Below the pieces are notes generated by a model that was not told the DNA's origin, did no database searches, and saw nothing but the letters and a program-made list of their open reading frames with translations. Shown here in pieces: positions 1-13,104 of a stretch of 64,000 bases of DNA. Within the stretch, counting starts at the first letter, position 1; each line of letters starts with the position of its first letter. Origin of the DNA: Smithellaceae bacterium (GTDB lineage Bacteria; Desulfobacterota; Syntrophia; Syntrophales; Smithellaceae); contig CAXXVL010000002.1 of the NCBI GenBank assembly GCA_963667845.2, positions 2,144,001 through 2,208,000 of the forward strand. The letters run 5' to 3'. The translations under genes were made by a program, and so were the position numbers.

Positions 1-1301
<1,301 letters not shown>

Positions 1302-1435
1302 CTAAGGAGTAAGTTTAAGTGAAGCGCTTCGGCGTCTAACAAACTTACAACCAGGTCAAGACCTGCAAATTCTTTCCCACTATTTTCTGATTATCGAGTT
1401 GTACTACCGATAAACTATGTCTATAAGATGACAAA

Positions 1436-1512
<77 letters not shown>

Positions 1513-1553
1513 GTTCAAGGTGTCGCGCTGGTCGGTGGTGAGGATTCGAAGCT

Positions 1554-1629
1554 GGGGGTGTAGCTCAGCTGGGAGAGCGCCTGCCTTGCACGCAGGAGGT
1601 CATCGGTTCGATCCCGTTCACCTCCACCA
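1554..1629 (+). tRNA. tRNA-Ala(TGC)
   Basis: 76-nt cloverleaf GGGGGTGTAGCTCAG...TTGCAC...GGTTCGATCC...CTCCACCA. Confidence 0.98.
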
Positions 1630-1800
1630 GAATATATATATACAGGCTGTAACTGATTGGTCATGCAACTTCGTATGAAAAATCAGTCACCGGCTGCATA
1701 GTTGGTGATTTTGTTCTTTGACAATTGCATATCGTAAAAAGTTTTTTAATTAAATTTGTTGAAAAGCTGAGCAAAAATATTTTGTTGAATAATTATTTAT

Positions 1801-4823
<3,023 letters not shown>

Positions 4824-4911
4824 TAATAATTATTTATATATGGTCTCATATTTAAATCGTGCTCAATTTTCAACAAAGCGATATGCATTGTCATGCATTT
4901 ATAGAGATAAA

Positions 4912-5028
<117 letters not shown>

Positions 5029-5038
5029 TTAAAACATG

Positions 5039-5071
5039 AAGCCCCTTCGATTTTTCGAAGGGGCTTTTTTT
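5039..5071 (+). terminator. Intrinsic terminator of the rrn operon (possibly bidirectional)
   Basis: AAGCCCCTTCGA-TTTT-TCGAAGGGGCTT followed by a T tract. Confidence 0.9.
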
Positions 5072-5119
5072 GTTGTTAAGAAGTCGCAGGGTTTATTCGT
5101 GCTTGCTTTAAAGACCTGT

Positions 5120-7117
5120 TTAAGGTCGATGAACCTTGATCGCCTGTTTTACATAATTTCTTCTTACGGAAATCGCCGGTACAGGAAAATCGAACCAATC
5201 CTTAATCTCGATAGCCGTACCGATGCCATGCATAAAGTTGTAAACCGCTTTATTCAAACCCGGCGCAAAATCCTGATGCTCACAGCCGCTGAGATCAACA
5301 TGGACGAGATCGTTTCTGGCAAATCCGCCAAAAGGTCGTTCTGATATCGTACAAGAATATTTCTGTGGATTTTTTCCGACATCACTGTGAACCGTCGCTG
5401 TAAAAAGATGCCAGAACGCTGATTGAATCAGCCCTTCGTGAAAGAACTGGCGCACGATCTCCAGGGCATCGATGGTTTCCTCCGGGGTTTGCGTCGGGAA
5501 ACCATACATCAGATACGCATGCACCATAATGCCTGCCTTGGTGAAATGATCGCACACTTGTGCCGCTTGACGAACAGTTACGCCTTTATTCATTAACTTC
5601 AATAGCCGGTCAGAGGCTGTTTCCAACCCGCCGGTTACTGCGATGCAGCCCGATGCTGCCAATAATCTGCAGAGATCTTCGGTGAATGTTTTTTCAAAGC
5701 GGATATTGGTCCACCAGGAAATCGCAATTTTTCGCTTCAGCAATTCTTTGGCCAGATCTTTGAGGACCGCAGGAGGCGCAGCCTCGTCCACAAAATGAAA
5801 ACCATGGTGTCCTGTCTGCGCAATGATCTGTTCGATTCGGTCAACAAGGACTGCGGCAGGCGCACTGTCAAAACGTTTGATATAGGGAAGAGTGGTGTCG
5901 CAGAAAGAGCATCGATGCCAGTAACAGCCATGGGCAATGGTCAGTTTGTTCCAGCAGCCGTCGCTCCACAGGCGGTGCATCGGATTGGCCATTTCAATCA
6001 GCGATAGATATTTATCCAATGGAAGGCCGGAGTAATCCGGACAGCCGGTTTCGGCATGATGAAAATCCGGCTCCTTGTTGTTATGGATAAACTGTACTTC
6101 ATTATCACTCCGGATAAACGTTCTGGTAAAAAGTGGCCGGTGTTGTATGACACCGGCGTTAATTATAGAAGAACCTCTTGTCTTTGCGAGCGGGTGCCCC
6201 GTCTGCGCGGTAATCTCAGGGATTGCTTCACTTCGTTCGCAATGACACAGACGTTCCTTCTGGTTCTTTTCTCCCTGGAGAAACTGAAGGACACTTAAAA
6301 AAGGACGTTCGCCATCATCCAGGGTAATGAAATCCAGATAATCAAAGATGACCGGTTCCGACAAATCCCGAAGTTCCGTGTTCACAAAGCCGCCACCGGC
6401 AATAATTTTGATGTCGGGAAAATGTTTTTTGATAAATTGAGCACATTTTAATCCCGCATAAAGATTTCCGGGAAAAGGCAGGGTGATTCCCATAACATCG
6501 GGACGAACCTGTTCGATATGAGATTTAAGCAATTCCAACAGCCGGACCTCAAGAATGTTTTCCTGAAGCTTTAAGGCTTGCTCAAGCGGAGCAAAAGAAT
6601 GCGCCGATAGTCCCAGCTTTTCAGCATACCGGCTGAAACCGAAATAGGGGGTGACCGCGTCTTTGATGAGATCGCCGACATCTTCAATATAAAGCGTTGC
6701 CAGAAACCGGGCTTGATCATTTATCCCGATGTTTCCGAATGACCATTCCAGATCAGGCACGGAATCAAATCGGGAGGCTCGCGGCAAAAAGGTTTCGTTG
6801 CAGATCCGCTGCGCCAGCGTATTGTCTCGGTATTGCAGGAAACTCATGACCAGGTCTATGGTCTGAATGTATTTTTCTTTATTCTTGAGAATGTGACGGG
6901 AATTTGGAGAAAGCTTCTTGCCTCCCTTACGAATTGATTCGAAGAGTTCTTGAAAACCGTTCCGGGAAAATAGGGCATTAATCAATTCAATCCCGAGGTC
7001 GGCCTGAAATACCTCATAGCCTCGCGATTTCAGAAAGCCTGTCAAATAGGGTGTTGCCGGATAGGGGGTATTCAACTGCGTAAAGGGTGGTGTGATCAGA
7101 AGTATTTTCATAGGCAA
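5120..7117 (-). CDS. B12-binding domain radical SAM protein
   Basis: N-terminal KILLITPPF...PYPATPYL and IIAGGG cobalamin-binding-type domain; GCYWHRCSFC cluster motif; FHFVDE and GGLE motifs. Confidence 0.85.
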   Translation of the reverse strand: MPMKILLITPPFTQLNTPYPATPYLTGFLKSRGYEVFQADLGIELINALFSRNGFQELFESIRKGGKKLSPNSRHILKNKEKYIQTIDLVMSFLQYRDNTLAQRICNETFLPRASRFDSVPDLEWSFGNIGINDQARFLATLYIEDVGDLIKDAVTPYFGFSRYAEKLGLSAHSFAPLEQALKLQENILEVRLLELLKSHIEQVRPDVMGITLPFPGNLYAGLKCAQFIKKHFPDIKIIAGGGFVNTELRDLSEPVIFDYLDFITLDDGERPFLSVLQFLQGEKNQKERLCHCERSEAIPEITAQTGHPLAKTRGSSIINAGVIQHRPLFTRTFIRSDNEVQFIHNNKEPDFHHAETGCPDYSGLPLDKYLSLIEMANPMHRLWSDGCWNKLTIAHGCYWHRCSFCDTTLPYIKRFDSAPAAVLVDRIEQIIAQTGHHGFHFVDEAAPPAVLKDLAKELLKRKIAISWWTNIRFEKTFTEDLCRLLAASGCIAVTGGLETASDRLLKLMNKGVTVRQAAQVCDHFTKAGIMVHAYLMYGFPTQTPEETIDALEIVRQFFHEGLIQSAFWHLFTATVHSDVGKNPQKYSCTISERPFGGFARNDLVHVDLSGCEHQDFAPGLNKAVYNFMHGIGTAIEIKDWFDFPVPAISVRRNYVKQAIKVHRP
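6179..6247. repeat. Palindromic REP/RPE-like element inserted in frame in the radical SAM gene
   Basis: 69 bp; arms TGTCTTTGCGAGCG / CGTTCGCAATGACA pair at 12 of 14 positions; related right arm at 40697-40733. Confidence 0.7.
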
Positions 7118-7420
7118 TGAATGTCTGCTTTTGGCGCAACAATGCGGAATTTAAAAGTCTCTGTATTTATACAATTTGCCAGAAGCTTTTACAATTGGTA
7201 AAATATCGCAAACAAACCATTAATAACTGCCAGAAATAACGGGAGTGTTCCCTGTATGGAATTTGAGGGATTTGATGCCTTTTTGGTGAGTTCAAATAAC
7301 CGTTATTGCCTCGCAGTCGGGGAGGAACAATGACGCCCTGACGAGGATGAGAAGTGCAATGGTCCGTAATTGAAAATCTTTCCATACCCTCTGAAAGGTG
7401 GTAACTCACAAGTGCCGTTG

Positions 7421-7524
7421 TGTTAAATCCCGCCGCTGCGGGATGAGTGTTAATTCTCCGCAGCTTACTGCGATATAACGACGTTCATTTCAAACCTCGA
7501 CAGCTTGCTGAGAGGTGGTTGATT
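7421..7524 (+). repeat. Dispersed 104-bp hairpin-rich repeat, copy 1
   Basis: Colinear with 15093-15196; shares ACCTCGACAGCTTGCTGnGAGGTnGTTGATT. Confidence 0.75.
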
Positions 7525-7543
7525 AAATTACGGGGACTGCTTT

Positions 7544-9409
7544 TTGAAAAAAATAACGCTTATACTGGTATCCATTCACATCAAGGACTCACCGCAGGCT
7601 GTTCCTCTCGCTGCGGCCACCCTTAAGGCGCAGCTCGATTCTGTACCGGCAATCAAACTGGGGCTGGATGTATCCTTCAGAGATTACACTGTCGATGAGT
7701 CAGTGGATTTTATATTTGAGGACCTTTGCAGAAACATTCCGGATATGATCGGCTTTTCCACATACCTGTGGAACAGGCACATCGTTCTCGAAGTCTGCCG
7801 ACTCATCAAGAGGAAATTCCCGGCTGTAAAACTCTTTGCCGGCGGTGCAGAGGCAACGGCACTTCCGCTAATGCTGCTCGACCGCGCACCCTTTGACTTT
7901 GTCATCAAAGGGGAAGGGGAGATCGTGCTGACAGAAGTCATGAACCGGCTGATAAACGGTGAATCACTGAAAGCCATCCCCGGGGTCTTTTTTAAAGGTG
8001 CAAAGCTTAATCCGGAGAAAGACCAGCAGCCCGTCATGGACCTCAACGTGCCGCCCTCGCCATATCTGACCGGAACAATTGATCCGCGCCGGTATTCCGG
8101 CCTGTTATGGGAACTTTCCCGCGGTTGTCCTTTTAAATGTGGCTTTTGTTTCGAATCACGGGGTGTAGCAGGCGTCCGACAGATCTCTCTAGAACGGATC
8201 CGGAAAGAACTGGAACTCTTCGAAGAAAAAAAAGTAAACCAGGTCTTTGTACTGGACCCGACTTTCAACTGCGACAAGAAGCGTGCAAAAAAGATTCTGC
8301 GCATGATTCTAAAAATTGCACCAACGATTCATTTTACTTTTGAAATAAGAGCAGAGTTTATCGACCGTGAAATCGCCGAACTCTTTGCCGGGATTAACTG
8401 CAGCCTCCAGATTGGACTGGAGAGTGCCATTCCGGAAGTCCTCGCCGAAGTAAACAGAACAATCGACATAGTTAAATTTGCTGAAAAGATATCGCTCCTC
8501 AACTCAGCCGGTGTCATTTTCGGGCTTGATCTGATCTACGGGCTTCCGGGTGACACACTCGATGGATTCAAAGAGAGCCTGAATTATGCTCTGGGATTGC
8601 AGCCGAATCATCTCGATATTTTTCCTCTGGCCGTTATTCCGGGGACCGCCCTTTATGATCAGGCAGAATGCTTCTTGCTGAACTTTCTTCCGGATGCTCC
8701 TTACACGTTAATTTCTTCACCCGGTTTTTCGGAATCAGAAATGGCGCAGGCTCTCGACCTGAAAAAGGCCTGTGAAATTTTTTACAACCGCGGGGGTGCT
8801 GCGGGCTGGATGTTCATGGTCCTGGAAACCCTCGACTTAAAGCCCGCCGATTTTCTTTTAACTTTTGCAGTGTATTTGTCATCATGTGAACAATCTCTTC
8901 GGCTTACAAGAGAGGAAATTACCGTTTGGCAATCCTCTTTTGTCAGGGAGCAGTTCATCAGATACAACAAAAAAAAACTTTTTCCGGTCATGGAGGATAT
9001 CATCGCTATTCATGGCGCATTGAACCGTTCGCTCTATGCCGGGCCGCTCGTTTCGGCAGGCGAAAACAAGTTTAATGATGAAACCGTATTTAGTTTATCC
9101 TCCGGGACTATTTTGCTTTCCTTAAAATATGATTTCAATGAGCTCATGAATGTAGGTGAACTTACCTTTGAAGAATTCATTGATTGCTATTGCCCTCGGA
9201 AAACGTACCTGATTGTTTATAATTGCGGCGGCGCCGTTAAAACAGTGATCATCGATCATATGATAAACAGGCTGCTTGCCTCATTTACAGGTGTCGAAAC
9301 ACTCGGGCAGGTCGGCGGAAAGAAAAATATACATTCCCGCAAGCATATTCATGAATTTCTTGAATTTGCTCTGCAAGAACAGATACTCTATATCGCGCAA
9401 TACATTTAG
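7544..9409 (+). CDS. B12-binding domain radical SAM protein
   Basis: IGFSTYLWN...FAGGAEA...GEGE B12-binding domain; SRGCPFKCGFC CxxxCxxC motif; DLIYGLPG. TTG start. Confidence 0.88.
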   Translation: MKKITLILVSIHIKDSPQAVPLAAATLKAQLDSVPAIKLGLDVSFRDYTVDESVDFIFEDLCRNIPDMIGFSTYLWNRHIVLEVCRLIKRKFPAVKLFAGGAEATALPLMLLDRAPFDFVIKGEGEIVLTEVMNRLINGESLKAIPGVFFKGAKLNPEKDQQPVMDLNVPPSPYLTGTIDPRRYSGLLWELSRGCPFKCGFCFESRGVAGVRQISLERIRKELELFEEKKVNQVFVLDPTFNCDKKRAKKILRMILKIAPTIHFTFEIRAEFIDREIAELFAGINCSLQIGLESAIPEVLAEVNRTIDIVKFAEKISLLNSAGVIFGLDLIYGLPGDTLDGFKESLNYALGLQPNHLDIFPLAVIPGTALYDQAECFLLNFLPDAPYTLISSPGFSESEMAQALDLKKACEIFYNRGGAAGWMFMVLETLDLKPADFLLTFAVYLSSCEQSLRLTREEITVWQSSFVREQFIRYNKKKLFPVMEDIIAIHGALNRSLYAGPLVSAGENKFNDETVFSLSSGTILLSLKYDFNELMNVGELTFEEFIDCYCPRKTYLIVYNCGGAVKTVIIDHMINRLLASFTGVETLGQVGGKKNIHSRKHIHEFLEFALQEQILYIAQYI

Positions 9410-9795
9410 CTCTTGTTATTAAATCTTGAACCTTTCTTTTTGCTGTCAAAGCTTCATCTACATCTGCTTTTAAAACAACTTCACTGCAGCTGCCATAAGT
9501 CCTTCTTTTATTCTCAACTGAAAGCATTGGATTCAAATTATTAGCGGGGGAAAGAATCTATGCAAAAGGCGGGCGCAAAAGAGGGACAATAGAAACCGCC
9601 GAATAAGATTGACAGACTTAAATATTTTTATTAGAAAACATACGTTTGTTTTAGCCATTGAATTAAAAACACACACAAGTATATTAAATAATTAAGAAAG
9701 GAGGAAAATTAATCCAGTTATTTGCTGAAAATTTAATAGAATTTAGAATGATAATGGACACTCAATGATTTCAATAATCAAGAAGGAGATTGCGG

Positions 9796-11271
9796 ATGAA
9801 AAGTATCAGAAAAGGTGTTATTTTTTTCGCGTTTGTTCTTTCAATTCTTTTATTATCATCTTTAAACCCATCATCGGTCTTTGCTGCAAAAGCTGAAAAA
9901 AAAGCAAAAACGGTTAAGACAGAGCAGACGATCAAGGCCAATGCCGCTTTTGACGTTAACAAAATGAGCGACATGTCTGATTATGATCCTGCCAATCCCG
10001 TCATTCCCGAAGGCGATACCATCAAAATAGCGGTTGTGGCGGCTTTTTCCGGCCCAAGCGCTTTTAACGGCATGAGCTATTTCTTCATTGCCCAATGGGT
10101 TGCCCATGATATCAATAAACGGGGCGGTCTGATGGTCGATGGAAAAAGGAGGATGATTCAAGTTCTCAAAGCCGATCATATGTCTAAGGCTGATCAGTGC
10201 AAGAAGGTCGCTGAAAGAATGGCTCTCCAGGAAAAAGTTCATTTCTTCTGGGGTACGGACGGCAGCCATTTCATGAAGATCATCAATGAAACGGCCAGCA
10301 AATATAAGATTATTGCTCTTAATGTTCCCTGTCTGTCCGATGACCTGCAGGATGCCACAAATTTCTCCCGCTACGCCTTCCATTCATCGTATTCAACGGA
10401 ACAGATTGCCCGTGGGCTGGCATACTTCTATGGTCAGATCCGCAAAAAAGAGAAAAAATTCTATATTTTGAATCAGGATTATGCTTTTGGTCACATCCTG
10501 GCGGAGAATTTCAAGAAGGGATTGGCTGAATATTATCCCGGGGCGCAGGTTGTCGGTGAAGATTTCCATAAACTTTTCCTGACGGATTACGCGCCTTATC
10601 TGGAGAAAGTCAGGGCCTCCGGGGCCGAAGTCATTTTCACGGGCGATTGGCTCCCCGATGCCGGCAATCTTCTCAAGCAGTCCCGCCAGATGGGGCTGAA
10701 GCTGCCTTTCGCCAATGTCTACATGGATAACCAGAATTTCCTCAATGAGGTCGGTGTCGAAGGAACGAAGGGACTTATCAATATCAGTTCCTATAGTGTG
10801 CCGAATCCGTATTTCAAAAGCAAAGAAGAAATCAAGTTTTACAATACCTGGCTCAATCTCTGGAAAAATAAATGGAAAACATCGCCTTTCAACACGATTG
10901 CCTACCAGCACGCCACCGCAAACGGCGCGGTCTGGATGATGCAGACCTATTGGCTCTTCAGCGTTGTTGAACGGGCAGCAAGTTTAGATCCCGAAAAGAT
11001 CATCAAAGTCTGGGAAAATGATTCGTATCGTTTTGTGAATGGTAAGGTGATCAAGATGAGAGCCTGCGATCACAAAGCGGTTCAGGATCTTGCCATCGTC
11101 GAATACGTGCCACCGGAGGAGCAGAAAGTGTCCTTCAATATTCCTCCTTACTATTGGTTTAAAAATGCTTCCTACACCGGACCGGTTTACAGAATTCCGG
11201 CGGAAAAAATCCTTCCCTGGATGGACCAGAATCTGGATCGGTGCAAGGGTAAAAATGGCTGGGGCGAATAA
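9796..11271 (+). CDS. Branched-chain amino acid-type ABC transporter substrate-binding protein (orphan)
   Basis: Signal peptide; IKIAVVAAFSGP...DINKRGG, NQDYAFG and DYAPYL motifs of the LivJ/PBP1 family; AGGAG RBS. Confidence 0.85.
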   Translation: MKSIRKGVIFFAFVLSILLLSSLNPSSVFAAKAEKKAKTVKTEQTIKANAAFDVNKMSDMSDYDPANPVIPEGDTIKIAVVAAFSGPSAFNGMSYFFIAQWVAHDINKRGGLMVDGKRRMIQVLKADHMSKADQCKKVAERMALQEKVHFFWGTDGSHFMKIINETASKYKIIALNVPCLSDDLQDATNFSRYAFHSSYSTEQIARGLAYFYGQIRKKEKKFYILNQDYAFGHILAENFKKGLAEYYPGAQVVGEDFHKLFLTDYAPYLEKVRASGAEVIFTGDWLPDAGNLLKQSRQMGLKLPFANVYMDNQNFLNEVGVEGTKGLINISSYSVPNPYFKSKEEIKFYNTWLNLWKNKWKTSPFNTIAYQHATANGAVWMMQTYWLFSVVERAASLDPEKIIKVWENDSYRFVNGKVIKMRACDHKAVQDLAIVEYVPPEEQKVSFNIPPYYWFKNASYTGPVYRIPAEKILPWMDQNLDRCKGKNGWGE

Positions 11272-11291
11272 ATCGCCCGATGAAATATGGA

Positions 11292-11326
11292 GATCAGGAA
11301 CGGGACTTCTTTTTCCGTTCCTGATC
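11292..11326. terminator. Stem-loop downstream of the solute-binding protein gene
   Basis: GATCAGGAACGG...CCGTTCCTGATC, 12-bp perfect stem. Confidence 0.55.
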
Positions 11327-11476
11327 ACTTCCATTTCGGATCACTATCTTGGATGAACAGCCTGCGCGTGAGGCGTCCGGTTGTGTGATTGTGCCGACGC
11401 GTTCCGGAAATCGGCCTATGCAGGAGAAATTGCGCCGACAAAATCTGCCCGAAAAAGCGATGGAAACTCTGTACGG

Positions 11477-11592
11477 ATTTAGGTTCTGTCGCAAGAAAAC
11501 AAAATCTGTTCCCATCCCGGACGCGGAAGTCAAGCTCCTTTGTACCGGTGGTGCTCATGCGTGATGATGAGAGAGAACGTGCCGCCGGATTT
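11477..11592 (+). pseudogene. Degenerate 5S rRNA copy
   Basis: 30/33 match to the 5S core (GTTCCCATCCCG...AAGCTCCTT) and 33/34 match across the 3' end and flank; the 5' strand of helix I is mutated. Confidence 0.85.
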
Positions 11593-11599
11593 AAAACAT

Positions 11600-11630
11600 A
11601 AAGCCCCTTCGAACAACCGAAGGGGCTTTT
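11600..11630 (+). terminator. Copy of the rrn terminator
   Basis: AAAGCCCCTTCG-AACAAC-CGAAGGGGCTTTT; same stem as 5039-5071 with a different loop. Confidence 0.85.
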
Positions 11631-11649
11631 GCTGTTAATGAGACTCAAA

Positions 11650-11879
11650 TTTCAGAAACGCAGTGCGCTGAAATTTGTAAGTCGAATTATCCCGCGAGCA
11701 AAGCGAGCAGGGATTAATGACACCTTGTTTTCTTTGGTTTCAGAAACGCAGTGCGCTGAAATTTGTAAGTCGAATTATCCCGCGAGCAAGGCGAGCAGGG
11801 ATTAATGACACCTTGTTTTCTTTGGTTTCAGAAACGCAGTGCGCTGAAATTTGTAAGTCGAATTATCCCGCGAGCAAAG
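11650..11879. repeat. Tandem repeat, 88-bp unit, about 2.6 near-identical copies
   Basis: Units start at 11650, 11738 and 11826 with TTTCAGAAACGCAGTGCGCTGAAATTTGTAAGTCGAATTATCCCGCGAGCAA. Confidence 0.95.
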
Positions 11880-11951
11880 TATGCCATGGATCAATGGCAC
11901 ACCTTGCTTTTTTCAGGGGTTCAGATAAGCCGTTAAATCTCCCAGATTCTC

Positions 11952-12254
11952 TTAGTTTTTAGCTTTTGTCTCACCTTCACCTTCTTCAAATCGCTTATAC
12001 CTGATCATTCGTTCGTTGCTTGAGCTGCTGGTGCTCGTCTGATCGGCGTCTACCTTATCCTTGCTTCTCTTGGAAGATAGTCTGTTTTCTTTCTTCACGG
12101 GGGATGTTGCAGTATTCCCCTGCTGTTTTTCGAGAGAGACTTCATTTTGAATTGTTATTTTCCCTGCAAGGACGACGCCCGAAAAAGCGAGGAATATACA
12201 GGTCATTAAAACGATTATTAGATATTTCTTCATCATCAGCCTCCCATGGCTCAA
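11952..12254 (-). CDS. Small secreted hypothetical protein (start may be the internal MMKKY)
   Basis: Signal peptide-like MKKYLIIVLMTCIFLAFSGVVLA followed by a polar low-complexity tail. Confidence 0.6.
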   Translation of the reverse strand: MSHGRLMMKKYLIIVLMTCIFLAFSGVVLAGKITIQNEVSLEKQQGNTATSPVKKENRLSSKRSKDKVDADQTSTSSSSNERMIRYKRFEEGEGETKAKN

Positions 12255-12859
12255 TTAACGTAAAGTGTCAGCAACGTCAGAGAACTGACAATATTCGAAT
12301 AATAGAAAGAATCAGGCCCATTGTTCCAGACGATCCGGACGTCGTAGGAATCGGCAGGAAGATCATAAAAATGAATAAAAGCACCCGGTGCAATACTTGA
12401 CGTTATTTGATTTGGACCCCAACTGCCGGAGCCCGTGGGTGAAATGTATATTCCGTCGATATAAAAGCCGGCCGTATCATTAACAATCTTAAGTGACCCT
12501 GAAAAATCAGAATTGTACGCGACCAAATCCGTTGTCTCCCAGGGATAGATGGGAATATCATAGGCATATGCGTAATAAGTACTGAACGTTCCTATAATCG
12601 TAGCTTTCGCGTCATAGGCGCCGGAGAGGATTCCTGTCAGGGTATAACTTGTGCCGGAGGGGACGGGCGCTCCCAAACGATTCGGTCCCCATGTGGGTTC
12701 GCTAACGGGTGTAAGATAAAAGGCGTTTATGGTTAATGATGTATTATTGTATAAAGTAAGATCGCCGGTTCCGAAAAATGGATCTTCCCAATCCGTGCAA
12801 CTGACGATGACGCTCAAGAAAACGAGGGCGAAGAGAATCAGAATTCCTTTTTTATACAT
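12251..12859 (-). CDS. Lipoprotein with two tandem beta-rich domains
   Basis: Lipobox-like IVSC; internal repeat LTLYNNT..I..FY.TP....WGPN / LKIVNDT...I..IY.SP....WGPN; GGAGGG RBS. Confidence 0.75.
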   Translation of the reverse strand: MYKKGILILFALVFLSVIVSCTDWEDPFFGTGDLTLYNNTSLTINAFYLTPVSEPTWGPNRLGAPVPSGTSYTLTGILSGAYDAKATIIGTFSTYYAYAYDIPIYPWETTDLVAYNSDFSGSLKIVNDTAGFYIDGIYISPTGSGSWGPNQITSSIAPGAFIHFYDLPADSYDVRIVWNNGPDSFYYSNIVSSLTLLTLYVN

Positions 12860-12989
12860 GAATTCCCTCCTTAATACCGGAATTGAATTCTGGGGAAAGT
12901 TTAGTCTTAAGAAAGCACGAAGTCAACCACACTTCGAAAGGATGCAGAAACGTATAATGGAGCAGAATGGGTTATGAATACGCGGAAAA

Positions 12990-13020
12990 ATGCGGGGGAC
13001 GGTTGAAAAATCCCCCGCAT
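12990..13020. terminator. Stem-loop downstream of the acyl-CoA ligase gene
   Basis: ATGCGGGGGA...TCCCCCGCAT stem; the preceding A run gives a U tract on the minus strand. Confidence 0.6.
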
Positions 13021-13104
13021 TGATTCGTTTTGCTTCTCAATCAGACCGATGAGCGATCCGTTCACGAATGAATCCGCAACCACGAACAAGCCCGGTCAGT
13101 CGTG

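Noticed and set aside
7131..7146. TTGGCGCAACAATGCG as a sigma54 promoter
   Set aside because: GG-to-GC spacing is one base short of the required GG-N10-GC.
11650..11879. Possible CRISPR array
   Set aside because: Units are near-identical over their full 88 bp with no unique spacers, and there are no cas genes in the window.
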